Part shown: positions 12,292-25,436 of the stretch, piece after piece
How positions within the stretch are numbered: position 1 is the stretch's first letter
Layout: every line of letters starts with the position of its first letter
NCBI GenBank assembly: GCA_030324005.1
Contig: JARDVH010000130.1
Location: forward strand, 20,726,456-20,790,455
Source: Negaprion brevirostris
Lineage: Eukaryota
Direction: 5' to 3'
DNA length: 64,000 nt
Position numbers and translations under genes: made by a program
The notes under the pieces: model-generated
What the model saw: the letters and a program-made list of their open reading frames with translations, nothing else
Told to the model about the DNA's origin: nothing
The model's database searches: none

Positions 12292-12552
12292 AATTCATGG
12301 AATCCCGACAGTGCAGAAGGAGGCCATTTGGCCCATCGAGTCTGTACCAGCAACAGTCCCACTCAGGCCCTATCCCAGACCCCACGTACTTACCCTGTTG
12401 GTCCCCCTGACACTAAGGGGCAATTTAACACGGCCAATCAACCTAACCCGCACATCTTTGGACTGTGGGAGGAAACCAGAGCACCTGGAGGAAACTCCAC
12501 ACAGACACGGGGAGAAACTCCACACAGACACGGGGAGAAACTCCACACAGAC
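12292..12552 (-). mobile_element. HE1-type SINE, 5' truncated, with internal tandem duplication
   Basis: Matches 11322 copy; repeated gaaactccacacagacacggg. Confidence 0.85.
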
Positions 12553-12789
12553 GATGACTGAGTGCTAATTGCTAAATAGAGTATTGGTAAGATTAGTATC
12601 AAAGTGAAGATTAACTAATTCTGGTCTTTGCCTTTATTTTTTAAATAGGTGTTCCCACTAAAGGCTGTATGTTTCTGGAAAGGATAGTGGCAGCCCCATC
12701 AGAGTCCACCAATCATATCATTCTGAATCTTCACTATTGGTGCTAACTGTTGGGCAAATTCCAATCTGTAACACTCTGCAGTAAACAAT

Positions 12790-13240
12790 AGAAAAGAAAT
12801 AGGAATCGTCATTTGTATGGTCATCTTTCATGATCTCAAAATGTCTCAAAGCACTTTACTGCTACATAACCACTTTTTGGCATGTCATCACTGTTACAAC
12901 ATTGGCATCATGGCAGTAAACTTGTACACACCAAGGACCCCAGACAGTAATGAGATACTGACCAGATCATCCATTTTTTTTTAAATGATGGTGATAGGTG
13001 AATAAGCATTGATCAGGGCACTAGGGGGTCTTCTCTGCTCATCTTTAAAATGGTGCTGTGGGATCACTTGTGAAGGCATGAGAGGGAAGAGAGGGCCTTT
13101 CTTTCACATGCCTTCTGAAAGGTGGCACCTACAACTCTTCTTAAGTATTACATAGGAGAGCCAACTGAGAATTTCTCCTCCGGTCTAGGGAGTGGGGCAG
13201 TGAACCTACAACCCTGATACAGGCAAGACGCTCCAACTGA
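12790..13240 (-). mobile_element. DeuSINE (SacSINE1-like)
   Basis: Reverse complement of Deu domain (ctgctcatctttaaaatggtgctgtgggatc, accagatcatcc), L2-type tail and tRNA head. Confidence 0.75.
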
Positions 13241-13295
13241 TGCACCCTTTAACCTCAAAATAAAAATTGAAGAGGTTAAAGTATCAGCAAATTGT

Positions 13296-13596
13296 CTACA
13301 GTGCAGAAGGAGGCCATTTGGTCCATTGAACCTACACCAACACCAGTTCCACCCAGGCTCCATATCTATAACCTCACGTGTTTACCCTGCTAATTCTCCT
13401 AGCGCGAAAGGGCAATTTAGTATGGCCACTCCTCCTAACCTGCACATCTTTGAACTGTGGGAGGAAACCGGAACACCCGTAGGAAATCCACACAGACATG
13501 GGAAGAATGTGCAAGCTCCACACAGACAGAGACCTGTGGTCAGAATTGAACCCAGACCCCTGGCGCTGTGAGGCAGCAATATTGTGCCACCATGCC
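13296..13596 (-). mobile_element. HE1-type V-SINE
   Basis: Head, V domain and CR1-type tail as 11322. Confidence 0.9.
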
Positions 13597-13934
13597 AGTC
13601 ATGAATTGGTATTGGTTTGAAAAAATGGGACCCTTATGCATTGTTTGACTGCCCCTCCTTTCTGGAGTCAGTAGTATTCAGACTCTGAGGGCTTAGCCGT
13701 TTTCTCTGTTTCCAAATACTTATCTTGCACTGCAATGCATTTTTGCCTTTCGATCCTGTGCAGACAGGGCTGGTCAATCAGAGCTCTCATTTCTAATAAA
13801 CTCTGAGCAAAATTATTAATTTGCTGGCAATGTTTCATCATGATGTGAAGTAGGCACTGGATCAAAATCTTGAACAGCAGAGGGTCAACCAACATTTTCT
13901 CATGAATCTAAACAGAGAAAAAGAATGTGTCAGC

Positions 13935-14620
13935 CTTAGCTGCAGCACTCTTGCTTCTGAATCAGAATGTCATGAATGTGGGACCACTCTAAACATCTGA
14001 ACATATAATTAAGGCAGATACTTGGTGCTATCTTTGGACAGCAAAGTACTTTGAGACATCCTGTAGTCATGAAACTCGCTTTACAACTGCACATCTTTCT
14101 TTCACATTGTGTATTGTGGAAGGTTAGTAATGTCACCTTATCGTATAGCAAGCAACAATAATGTAGATTATGGGTGATAGGACTGGTGGACTGAGATGGA
14201 TTGCCGTTATCCCTTCCAAGAATGTACTGGCCAGAATCTTATCATCATGCAGGCTGGCGGGATTTTCCCATCCCGCTGCAGTGAATGGAGATTTGGCTGA
14301 GTGCCAAATTCTCTGACCTCACTGCAGCAGGAGTGTGGTGTTCAGGAGGAATACCAGTTTACAAAATAAAGACAGAAGTTATTCTTTGCTTTCATCTGTC
14401 CAGATGGATATAAAATATCCAATTACGCTATTTGAATATGAACAGGAAATGTTTGCCATCCCTTATCTGGCAATCAATCCCCTTAAAAATAATTTGTCTG
14501 ATCATCTATGGCATGGCAGTTCATCACATCACCTGGTAAATTGACACTGGGTTTATTGGCATTAGTAAAGTGCTTTGTAAAATCATGCCAACATAAAATG
14601 TGCAAGCTCATTCTTTATAT
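13935..14620 (+). mobile_element. Fragmented DeuSINE pieces around a Harbinger-type MITE (~14228-14356)
   Basis: Head gcactcttgcttctgaatcagaa at 13943; Deu words cagatggatataaaatatcc at 14401; MITE core ggattttcccatcccgctgcagtgaatggag. Confidence 0.55.
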
Positions 14621-14980
14621 CTGAATAAACAAATATTTATATGTTAGGGAAAGTGTTAATAAACTTCCCCTGTTTTGCACTGCCCTGAGTATTTCTAATC
14701 ATCAAATATCATAGAATAGAAAACAAACGCAAAGGAGATCCAGTTAACTGATTGTGTCCTGTTAAAAGGTCATTATAAGGAAGAACTCTTGTAGTGTTAA
14801 CTGTTGAATGCATGTTGGAAGCTGAGTGCTTAACTTTAAATTAGATCTGGAGTCTATAATGAGAATGTTGGGGACAGCTATATATGACAGAAAAGGTGTC
14901 ACATCTATAAGAATTTTCTAACTAACAGCAAATGTGTAGCAGGCATTCACTACACGGCGGAAGTGAGCGAGATCGAGGAA

Positions 14981-15256
14981 AAGTTTTAAAAGTTTATTTA
15001 TTCCTGTCACAAGTAGGCTTACATTAACTGCAATGAAGTTATGGTGAAAATCCCCTAGATGCCAAACTCCAGAGTTCAGGTACACTGAGGGAGAATGTAG
15101 CATGGCTAATACACCTAACCAGCATGTCTTTCAGACTGTGGGAGGAAGCCCAAGCAGACATGGGGAAAATGTGCAGATTCTGCACAGACAGTGATCCAAG
15201 CCTGGAATTGAACCCCGGGTCCCTGGCGCTGTGAGACAGCAGTGCTAACCACTGTG
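14981..15256 (-). mobile_element. HE1-like V-SINE, alternative tail (tail B)
   Basis: Same head/V domain; tail gtaagcctacttgtgac...aataaataaact. Confidence 0.88.
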
Positions 15257-16824
15257 AAAATAGCACACAATTAGAAAGTTGCAGCAAGCACTATGCCACG
15301 TAGTGACCCTGCAATAGAATCAGTTATCCGGACATGAAAGTGGAGCAGTGACTAACTTCTGAGACATTCTCTACGACAAACTGGAAATTCAGGTAGTATT
15401 AAGATTGAGGCAGTGACAATGTTGCATTTCCCTGAGAGCACAGATTGGCTGACTCTGTTGGACTCTGTGGACAGGTTGACCAATCTCACTTAGCAACACC
15501 TGCTGACCCTTAACCTCCCAGGGTCCCTGGTAACTATGATATTTGAAGCCTATCTAAATAAATTGCAGCCAATCATTGCCACATACGGTGCTCTGACTTC
15601 AACACCTATATGATCATTGTGGGAATGTTCTGAGCCCAAGCAAGTGAAATTTCCACTGATATTGTTATATTTTGCGTGGGATGGACTGCAGTGCTGAATC
15701 ATGGGCACCTGCACAGTATCATCCCAAACGCATGGATGGGCCATTGCAAGAAACAAGTGTGGGTTAGCAGCAGTGAAGTCCCACCCTAAACACAGCAGCC
15801 AGTGGGTTGGTCTCACTCCCGTAACAAGCTCTGATTGCTTTCCGCTGATTGTGTTTTACAAGCTCTTAAAGGATTTCACCCTCTTCACTGCTTTCACCAA
15901 GTCACTTTTGTAGGCAGCACATATTCTACAGATGGATTGACAAACCGGTCGAAACTTATGGGGGGTCAAGTGGCTGGCTTGTAGGTGACTATTATAAATG
16001 TATTGTGTTTGACTGCAGCTTTCCTCGTGTGTCTAACAAAATGGCACTCCCCAGAGTCAGCCCTTTGGAATACGATCTCATTAATGTTTCATTAAAAAGA
16101 GGAAAACAAAACATGTTTTTTTTTCCTATTTGTTTTTCAACAGAAGCATGTCCCCTTCTGGTTAGTGTAGGACAGATCTGACCTTTTTAAATCTCTCATT
16201 GCTCATGCCATAATTTAGCATAATGCATCTGAGGTCTCCCTTGCTATTTTATCCCTCTTAAAAACTCAAACCGCTGGAAGAAAATGTTCAGAAAACCACA
16301 TCAGAAAAATAAAGCTTGAAGTTTGCTGTCATTCAATGTTTCAGAGATTTCATCAGACCAGCACCCCCTGTCTCTCTTAGTCCTTTATTCTCGTGTTCAA
16401 ATCGTTCCGACAGTGGCGCGTTGCAGGAACTTTGAACTGGAGCCTCCAGGTCTGGAGAAACAATTGAAAATTTTACATATTTTAGTTATACAGGCTCTGG
16501 TTGATTTTTAAAAAAAGTTTATAATTGGCCTTGAGACTGTGGCTGAGTCACCACTGGCCACAACATCGTGAAAGAAGAATTGTTGTCCAGCTATTTTAGA
16601 TCAGAGTTGGTTCACTTTTGAGATGCAGGAAAGAACTTGATGCTCGAGAGCCAACTTAATTGCTGCTTGTTAAGCGCATGTGGCCTCGGTAACATGTGGT
16701 GCTTTAATTCAGTTGCTGCAGGGATGCAATATGTTTATATATAAAGAAAAAACACCTTCTGGGAACATTGTACATTGTAGTTGCTTTTAAATAAGATGCG
16801 TGTACAGCTTATGTTCAACCCCAT

Positions 16825-17422
16825 GTGGGATACTTGCCTTTATTAGCCAAGGCATAGAATATAGGAACAGGGAAGTAATGGTTTAGTTATATAAAAGCTC
16901 ATTAGGCTACAGCTATATATGTAGTTCTGGTTGCCAGATGATAGGAAATATGTGATTGCACTAGAGAGGATGCAGGAGAGATCTGGATTGCCTGGGCTGG
17001 AGTGTTTCAGCTGTGGGGAGGGGGTGGTTGTATTCCTGAGAGCAAAGAAAGCTTCATTGAGGTATACAAAATTATGAGGGAGATGGATAGGGTAGATTGG
17101 AAGAAACCTTTCCTCTTAATAGAGTGGTCAACAACCAGGGGCATAGATTTAAGGTAAGGGGCAAGAAATGCTCGAGGGGTTTGAGGAAAAACATTTTCAC
17201 CCAGAGGGTTTTAGGAATCTGGAACTCTCTGCCAGAAAGGGAGACAGAGGTGGGAACCCTCGCATCACTGAAGAAGCATTTAGCTGAGCACTTGGAACGA
17301 CATAGCGTACAAGGTTACGGATCAAGTGCTGGAAAATGGGATTAGAATAAATAGGTCCTTGGTGACCGGTGCAGACAAGATGGGCTGAAGGGCGTCTTTC
17401 TGTTCTGTAAAGCTCTATGAAT
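16825..17422 (+). mobile_element. CR1 LINE 3' fragment
   Basis: GHRFKVRGK...FTQRVLGIWNSLP; CR1 tail. Confidence 0.85.
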
Positions 17423-17875
17423 CTATTTGACACTTTCTTTCCGTCACATTTATACTGCATTGTTGCAGTCGCAAAATACTACCACTTTGTGATCAGTGGC
17501 TAATAAAAGAGAACACGTAACAAATAGACCCCAAGTGAAACAATATAGTCCACAACACTTCACAACTTAACTTAAACTGCTACTAGATCATTTTAGGAGA
17601 ACACGTGAAGTATATGTAGCTTTGGAGTGGTGAACTCAGAAAATATTTTGGACCTTTATTTCAATTGTTTTGTAACACATTTCTCCATGTGAGCAATCCT
17701 GTGCCTTCAGTTCAAGTGATGAAATGGACTGGACTGTTAGTAAATGTGACAGGAGCTTCAGTCTGGCTGTGGAGTGGAGAGGGCGTGGCCTGGTCCACCC
17801 ACTTTCTCTTCTTCCCAATATTACAGTTCTGTGAAAGCACTGAAACAGTCTCGAAAAAAAATGACTTATAAAACG

Positions 17876-18116
17876 AATCATAGAATCCACACAGTACAGA
17901 AGGAGGCCATTCAGCCCATCGAGCCTGCACCGACAACAACCCCACTCAGGCCTTATCCCCGTAACCACAGGTATTTACCCTGCTAATCCCCCTAACACGA
18001 AGGGGCAATTTAGCATGGCTACTCAACCTTAACCGAACACCTTTGGAGTGTGGGAGGAAACTGGAGGAAGCCCACGCAAACAGGAGAATATGCAACTCCA
18101 CACAGTCACCCAAGGC
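17876..18116 (-). mobile_element. HE1-type V-SINE (runs into gap)
   Basis: atcatagaatcc...gaaggaggccattcagccc tail and V domain. Confidence 0.88.
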
Positions 18117-18974
18117 NNNNNNNNNNNNNNNNNNNNNNNNNNNNNNNNNNNNNNNNNNNNNNNNNNNNNNNNNNNNNNNNNNNNNNNNNNNNNNNNNNNN
18201 NNNNNNNNNNNNNNNNNNNNNNNNNNNNNNNNNNNNNNNNNNNNNNNNNNNNNNNNNNNNNNNNNNNNNNNNNNNNNNNNNNNNNNNNNNNNNNNNNNNN
18301 NNNNNNNNNNNNNNNNNNNNNNNNNNNNNNNNNNNNNNNNNNNNNNNNNNNNNNNNNNNNNNNNNNNNNNNNNNNNNNNNNNNNNNNNNNNNNNNNNNNN
18401 NNNNNNNNNNNNNNNNNNNNNNNNNNNNNNNNNNNNNNNNNNNNNNNNNNNNNNNNNNNNNNNNNNNNNNNNNNNNNNNNNNNNNNNNNNNNNNNNNNNN
18501 NNNNNNNNNNNNNNNNNNNNNNNNNNNNNNNNNNNNNNNNNNNNNNNNNNNNNNNNNNNNNNNNNNNNNNNNNNNNNNNNNNNNNNNNNNNNNNNNNNNN
18601 NNNNNNNNNNNNNNNNNNNNNNNNNNNNNNNNNNNNNNNNNNNNNNNNNNNNNNNNNNNNNNNNNNNNNNNNNNNNNNNNNNNNNNNNNNNNNNNNNNNN
18701 NNNNNNNNNNNNNNNNNNNNNNNNNNNNNNNNNNNNNNNNNNNNNNNNNNNNNNNNNNNNNNNNNNNNNNNNNNNNNNNNNNNNNNNNNNNNNNNNNNNN
18801 NNNNNNNNNNNNNNNNNNNNNNNNNNNNNNNNNNNNNNNNNNCCTGCTGTTCTTTACCTGGTCTGACCTATCTGTGACCCCTGTCCCGCACAAACATGGT
18901 TGACTCTCAAATTCACCCATCAAGAAACAAAATAGAACTGGATGGACAATTTAGCTGTGATCTAGGGGTTGAAT

Positions 18975-19216
18975 TAGCACTGCTGCCTCACAGCACCAGG
19001 GGCCCGGGTTCAATACTGGCCTTGAGTGACTGTCTTTTTAGAGTTTGCATGATCTCCCATTGTCTGTGTAGGTTTCCTTCGGGTGNNNNNNNNNNGTGTC
19101 AGGGGGATTAGTAGGGTAAATATGAGGTGTTACAGGGATAGGACCTGGATGGGATTGTGGTTGGTGCAGACTCAATGGGATGAATGATCTGTTTGGGCAC
19201 TGTAGGAATTCTATAA
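18975..19216 (+). mobile_element. HE1-type V-SINE
   Basis: tagcactgctgcctcacagcaccaggggcccgggttcaa head; gcactgtaggaattctat tail. Confidence 0.85.
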
Positions 19217-20139
19217 CTCTTCTCGAAAAGAAAAGTTGCGCACAGCCCAGCTGATCCTACAAAGTCTTCCTCACTGGTGCCAAGTTTGGGAGGTCTGTCT
19301 CATGTTTCAGTCATGCTGCATGCTAGCATAGTCGCACAGATTTATCCCTGTCTTCCAACATCCCGTAATCCTCCATCACCATCCTTGGGTATTTCCTGTC
19401 CCACCAACAGAATACACCCACCCGAAATGGGAAAACAGTGACTCTGGGAGTCCTTCCCATTGACTATGGCGCCACTGAATTCTCTTAGCTTCAGGTTTGA
19501 CAAGGTAGTCTCCCTCCCAGCCGCTCCACTCTTATGGAAGCGTTAAACTATCGCAGGTATTCTGTAAGACTACAGGTTATGATTAACGTTAAAGATAAAA
19601 CCTGAAAGGACTGAACCATTCACTCCTTGTTAGACCTTGAGAAAGAAATTCATAAGCTGTGGTGTATGTGATACTTTGCTTCCATGACAGCTTGCACTGA
19701 TTGCCTAGAAAATTGTAGATATAAATGAAAATGTGGGAGACCTGGGGACAGATGTTATGTTTCTCAGTGGGTCTGGAGGAGATGGAATAGAAACTTTCTA
19801 ATTGGTGTGCTTCTAGCCCCACTGTCACTGATGGCCCAATGAAGCAGTGGATGGTCATTTAGTGACCAATAGTAGGTGCAGAGGGAGATTCCACACCCAA
19901 TCGGCACTGGAGGCTGCGGCACTATATTGCGGAGGGTAAGCTGTGAACAGGACTTTGGTCATGTCTAGAATCATAAAGCCCACCTGCTCTCAGAACCTGC
20001 ATTTATTTCTTTAATAAAGACTCTCAAAATATTTTTTAAAATTACTTGGAAAATCATTCAGACTCTGCCACTTCCCCTGGCAGATTTGTGGTCCTAGTGA
20101 CACACCTGATCCTTTATCTTTATACCCTTTATCCTCCTT

Positions 20140-20416
20140 CAAGTTTGTTTATTAGTGTCACAAGTAGGCTTACATTAGCACTGCAATGAACTTTCTGTAA
20201 ACATTCTCCAGTCGCCACACTCTGGCACCTGTTCGGGTCACCGAGGGAGAATTTAGTATGGCCAACTCACCTAATCAGCACGTCTTTTGGACTTGTGGGA
20301 GGAAACCGGAGGAAATCAATACAGATTCTGCACAGACAGTGACCCAAGCTGGGAATTGAAGCTGGGTCTCTGGTACTGTGAGACAGCAATTGCTAACCAT
20401 TGTGCCACCGTGCCCC
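20140..20416 (-). mobile_element. HE1-like V-SINE, tail B
   Basis: Matches 14981 copy. Confidence 0.88.
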
Positions 20417-21139
20417 CCTTGTCATAGTTATCAGAAACCATTCTCAAACATCTTCATGTAAATATCTGAAAAATGCAGCACGCAACAAAAAATTGCAGAT
20501 AATTGAGTTGTTAGCAAGCATAATAGCTTGTTAATAGGATATTTCAAAATGGCTGTACACCTCGGATACCATAACTTGAGAGACTGGCACGGTGGGATTT
20601 TGTTGCCAATACAATGTCATCATGCCCTTTTTTATGTTTTTGGGCAGGTGGTTTGGATTTATGGTTGTAAAATCCAACCCAAGAGGTCTAAATAATTTAG
20701 CTTGAAGAATGTTAATAACCATGGTCAGAAGTGTGTAATGTTGTCTCTCATTCGCAGCGGAGAATGTAAAATCTAAACAGTTGAGATTTTAGTTGACTGC
20801 AGCACATTTTTACAACTTGCTACTTTGGGTGCTTTTTAATGTTCGTTGTGCCTTACAGTTTTTGAGACGTGTTAACATTGATTCGATCTGATCCTATCCC
20901 ATCTGATATTTTGAAATTTTGAGGAAGTTTGGGTCTACCCATGAGATTGTTTGTGCAGGTAATGAAGCGATGAAGACAATGACTGCACAGCATAATGTTC
21001 ACACATTTGTTTTTATTGATTTACAGGTCTCCTGACAAATGCATCAACAAAGAATCCTTGTAGAAGCAGCTTAGAACTCTGTGTGAGCTACTTACCCTAA
21101 TCAAGTTCTGCCGCTGCGGACTATCATCCATTGTATGTT

Positions 21140-21560
21140 ATTTCCTCAACTCTCTCTTTCTCTGCACCGGTCAAAACAGCGTAATCCCATCTCCAACTCT
21201 TGAGCTAAAGTTTCACCCCTTCTGTTATTAGGGACCACTGGGGCAACAAATGTAGATAACTGAGCCATCCTTGGACATCAGCAATAGTGACCATGTTTGG
21301 CATTCCGCATCCCTACTTTTCAACTAATGTTGGACTTTGCGTTACCCAGTTGATGTTTCAGATAAGAAAACCTGTTACAGAAGACTGAACTGTGTCCAAC
21401 AGCCCTTAACAGGTTGTGAATCTTTGCCTCAGGTGGGACACTAAAGAGTTACTGAAGGCTCCACAACAAAGACACTGTGCTTTCATGTGTGTAACTCTCT
21501 CTGACATCTCTACATCTATTTCCTCATCTTTACCTGTTCACAAAACAATAGACCAAAGAA
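21140..21560 (-). mobile_element. Highly decayed CR1 RT fragment
   Basis: Minus strand retains GSV- and VPH-like motifs at CR1-like spacing. Confidence 0.4.
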
Positions 21561-23577
21561 CAAAAGGAAAACATTAAAACGGGACACTATTTCATTGTGA
21601 ATGAGCTTTACTGGTTTCAATTGTAGTGGGCTCCGGACGGATTTAAATTCAGCTTTTTCATAGTGCTGAAATTAATCATTACTGGCTCGGGTAAAGTCTT
21701 TGATTGAAAAAAACAATAATAGAGGGACTTCTGATGTTGGGGAAGGTGGTCTGATGTAAGATGTCTAAAGGATCTAATGGAGCATGGAACAGAATAATAG
21801 TCAATGTCCTGCCACAAAAGAGACACGTTTGAACATTCACGCTGGGAGGACATCATAGTCTCCTGTTTAGTTTGGCTGACTTATTTCTCATTCTTAAGTC
21901 ATGTTGTATTTCGACCAGAAAAAAAAAGAACTAAATGTGAAACATTTGCAGCTCGTGTTTCCTCTCCCAGCATAAAAGTAGCTACTATCAAAACAGCATT
22001 CGCAATGAGCATGTCTGGCTACCTGCAGCCTGTGTCACATTTCAAACAACCATCTACCACACAAAAAAAGTCAAATTAGAGGAGAAAGTAACATTTGTTG
22101 AAAACAGGATCATTAAATGTATTTTGAGAAACCTAAAGTTATATATTTAACAGTTTTTATATGTTGTATCTTTGTAGAAAATCTTATTTAACAAATAATG
22201 TGGTCATACTATGCCAACCATGAAAACGGTTCAGAGTTGTGTTTTAACTTCTGGTGTCTGTCAAAGAGATGATTGGTGTATGTTTCTTTCCTTGGAGCAT
22301 TCTGGATCTGAAAACTGACCACAGCGAACTCTGTAGAAAAAAAAATGCTGTTTATACATCAATACATCCAACCATTGCACTGTAGGAAGACAGTCCATTT
22401 CTTTTATGTACTGATATAATAGAGTTGAAAACATTTTAAACTTTGATATCAATATCTCGTTTTCATTTCCCCCTTTCTATTTCTGCTCTTGTTGGCACTC
22501 CTTACTAACTTGAATCATTGACATATTCTGGATTTATACAATGAAGGATCTCCTAGAGTCGTGTTGCAAAGTAGTGGCTAAGACCAGTCATTATCCTGCT
22601 CCCACAGACCGAAACCTATTTTCCCTGCTACAGTTAACAGGAGATTTCCTTTCTGAGCTAACTGTGATCTGCTACTTTACCAGGACTAAGCATCCAAGGG
22701 CTAAATATTGTTGGCTGAGTTCCACATGACAGTATTCTCCCGCGACTGTCTTTCTCTGTGATCCCTGGTTTCAATGTTCATTCTCTCCACAACCACTAAA
22801 TGATGACAGTGCCGCTTTTCAGTCACCCTTTTGTAGATCACAGAGGCACACACTCTCCACTTGCTGATTCATTACACTTGAAGCAGGTTTGTTTGAATGC
22901 TTATCCTTTAGTCCCCTCTAAAACAATCTTTCTATTTTGAACTTTGTGTAACGTAAGGAAAACCTGAGCATAAAAACCAAAGCTTAAATTTGCAATCTTT
23001 TCCCTCCTTGGCCAAAACAGTAAAGAATATTGATGAACTTGTTTACGAACTCTCGGTTGTGATTTGACCTCCAGATAGGTCTACAAAGTTTTTAGTCGGC
23101 AAAATGATCATTAAAGTGCGAAGGGGTCTGCTGCAGTGCTACTCAAGGCATGTTTCTGGGGAGCTAAGAATGCATGGTGACTGCACTCCTTTAGGTGTGC
23201 CTCCCATAAAGCTGTTTTCACTTTGGATGCTCTTGTAGGTTTTGTGATTGAACACCATAAAACCTGACTATCCATTCTGCTTTTACCAGGTGTGGTAGTT
23301 GTAAAAAGAAAATAAGGTTCAAACAGTAGTAATAATTGAGGCAGAATCCACTTTGAAAATGAATGGCTATTTTACCTCTGGTCAAGTAGCTAAAAATATC
23401 TATAATCATAAAGTCATAGAATCCCTACAATGCAGTAGGAGGCCGTTGAGTCAGCACGAACTACAATCCCACCCAGGNNNNNNNNNNNNNNNNNNNNNNN
23501 NNNNNNNNNNNNNNNNNNNNNNNNNNNNNNNNNNNNNNNNNNNNNNNNNNNNNNNNNNNNNNNNNNNNNNNNNNNNN

Positions 23578-24150
23578 ACAAGACATTGGTAAGGCCACAC
23601 TTGGAGACTGTGTACAGTTCTGGTCACCCTATTATAGAAAGGATATTATTAAACTAGAAAGAGTGCCAAAAAGATTTACTGGGATGCTACCGGGATTTGA
23701 TGGATTGAGTTATAAGGAGAGGCTGAATAGACTGGGGCTTTTTTTCTCTGGAACATAGGAGGCTGTGGGGTGACCTTATAGAGGTTTATAAAATAACGAG
23801 GGGCATAGACAAGGTAGATAGTCAATATCTTTTCTCAAAGGTAGGGGAGCCTAAAACTGGAGGGCATAGGTTTAAGGTGAGAGGGGAGAGATACAAAAAA
23901 GCCCAGAGGGGCAATTTTTCACACAGAGGGTGGTGAGTGTTTGGAATGAGCTGCCAGAGGTAGAAGTAGAGGCAGGTACAATTTTATCTTTTAAAAAGCA
24001 TTTAGACTGTTACATGGGTACGATGGGTATAGAGGGATATGGGCCAAATGCGGGCAATGGGGACTAGATTAAGGGTTTAAAACAAAACAGCAGCATGGAC
24101 AAGTTGGGCCAACGGGCCTGTTTCCATGCTGCAAACCTTTATTACTCTTG
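23578..24150 (+). mobile_element. CR1 LINE 3' end
   Basis: LVRPHLE, YRKDIIKLERV, GDLIEVYK, GHRFKVRG motifs and tail. Confidence 0.9.
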
Positions 24151-24254
24151 GGTAGGCGGATTGGCCATGGGTGAGATGCTTTTTTAGAGAGTCAGTGCAG
24201 AGTCAAAGGGCTGAATGGCCTCTTTCTGCACTGTGGGGATTCTTTAGTTCCAAT

Positions 24255-24450
24255 GCTCAACTGCAGCATTACAAGTCAGAATTTAACACCGAAGTAGGTG
24301 AGGAGATACTAGGACAGGTAAGCAGTAATTTGGCCAAAGAGTAGAAAGAGGAAAGGAGGAGAGAGGGAGAGGTAGGGAGACAGGGAGGTTGAAGGAGGGA
24401 ATTCCACAGCTTCAAGCCAAAGCTGCTGAAGGCACGGTCACCACGGCAGC
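24255..24450 (-). mobile_element. L2 LINE 3' fragment
   Basis: Minus strand DRAFSSFGLKLWNSL, the typical L2 C-terminus. Confidence 0.6.
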
Positions 24451-24616
24451 ACAGTTCATTCATGGGACATGGGCCTTGTTGGCTGGCCAGCATTTATTGC
24501 TCATCCCTAGTAACCCTTGAGAAGGTGCTGGTGAGCTGCCTACTTGAATCACTGCAGTGGATGCCAAGATATGGGAAGTACTCAACACATTCCAGAGTCC
24601 CTCCTTGAAGGTAAAT

Positions 24617-24885
24617 AGTGGTTAGCACTGCTGCCTCATAGCGCCAGGGACCCGGGTTCAATTCCTGGCTTGGGTCAGTCTCTGTACAGCGTTTGCGCAT
24701 TCTCCCTTGTTGGCGTGGGTTTCCTCTGGGTGCTCCAGTTTCCTCCCACACAAGATGTGCAGTTTAGGTTCATTGTACCCGAACAGGTGCTGGAGTGTGG
24801 TGACTCGGGGATTTTCACAGTAACTTCATTGCAATGTTAATGCAAACCTAACGTGTGACTAATAAATAAAACTTTAAACTTTAAC
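24617..24885 (+). mobile_element. HE1-like V-SINE, tail B
   Basis: gtggttagcactgctgcctc...gggacccgggttcaattcc head; ttttcacagtaacttcattgca...aataaataaaactttaaact tail. Confidence 0.9.
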
Positions 24886-25436
24886 TTGAACTAATACTAG
24901 AGCAATTAAAATCTCTCTTACAACGTATTTGAGTAACAACAGAAAGTGCTGGAAATACTCAACAGGTCAGGCAGCATCTATGGACAGAGAAAAGGGGGTA
25001 GCATCACATGCTGATGAGCTTTGATATTCTCAGTTTGCTTTTTTTCCCCTTCAGACTAAAAACCCTTGTTCAAATCGATGTATCTTTAAGTTCCTCTTGG
25101 AAACGGGCAGTTCTAGGTTCTGTAATATGATGATGAGAACCTTGGTGTGACTGCACTGGAAAATGCCAGCTGGGATTGTGCCGATGCAGCACAGCTGAGG
25201 TGCTGATCCTGAAGGTGCCAGGAATTTCCTGGCAGGTCACTGATGTGGTTGTCTTGGAGCTAGCATCCCAAATCAGTCTTTCTCACAGGTGGCAGCGAGT
25301 GCGTTCCTGTGAGAGCGGAGTTGTTCCTGTTTAAATAATGTATTTTTATTTCTCAGCTTCATAAGCGTCAAGTGGAGGGATGTTATTGCTAGAGAATGGA
25401 ACACTTCCCTATTTCAAACACCCAATCAAGCAGAAT

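Noticed and set aside
17946-18923. Long ORFs of 170-325 aa here and at 6111-6793 and 53057-54056
   Set aside because: Artefacts of N runs
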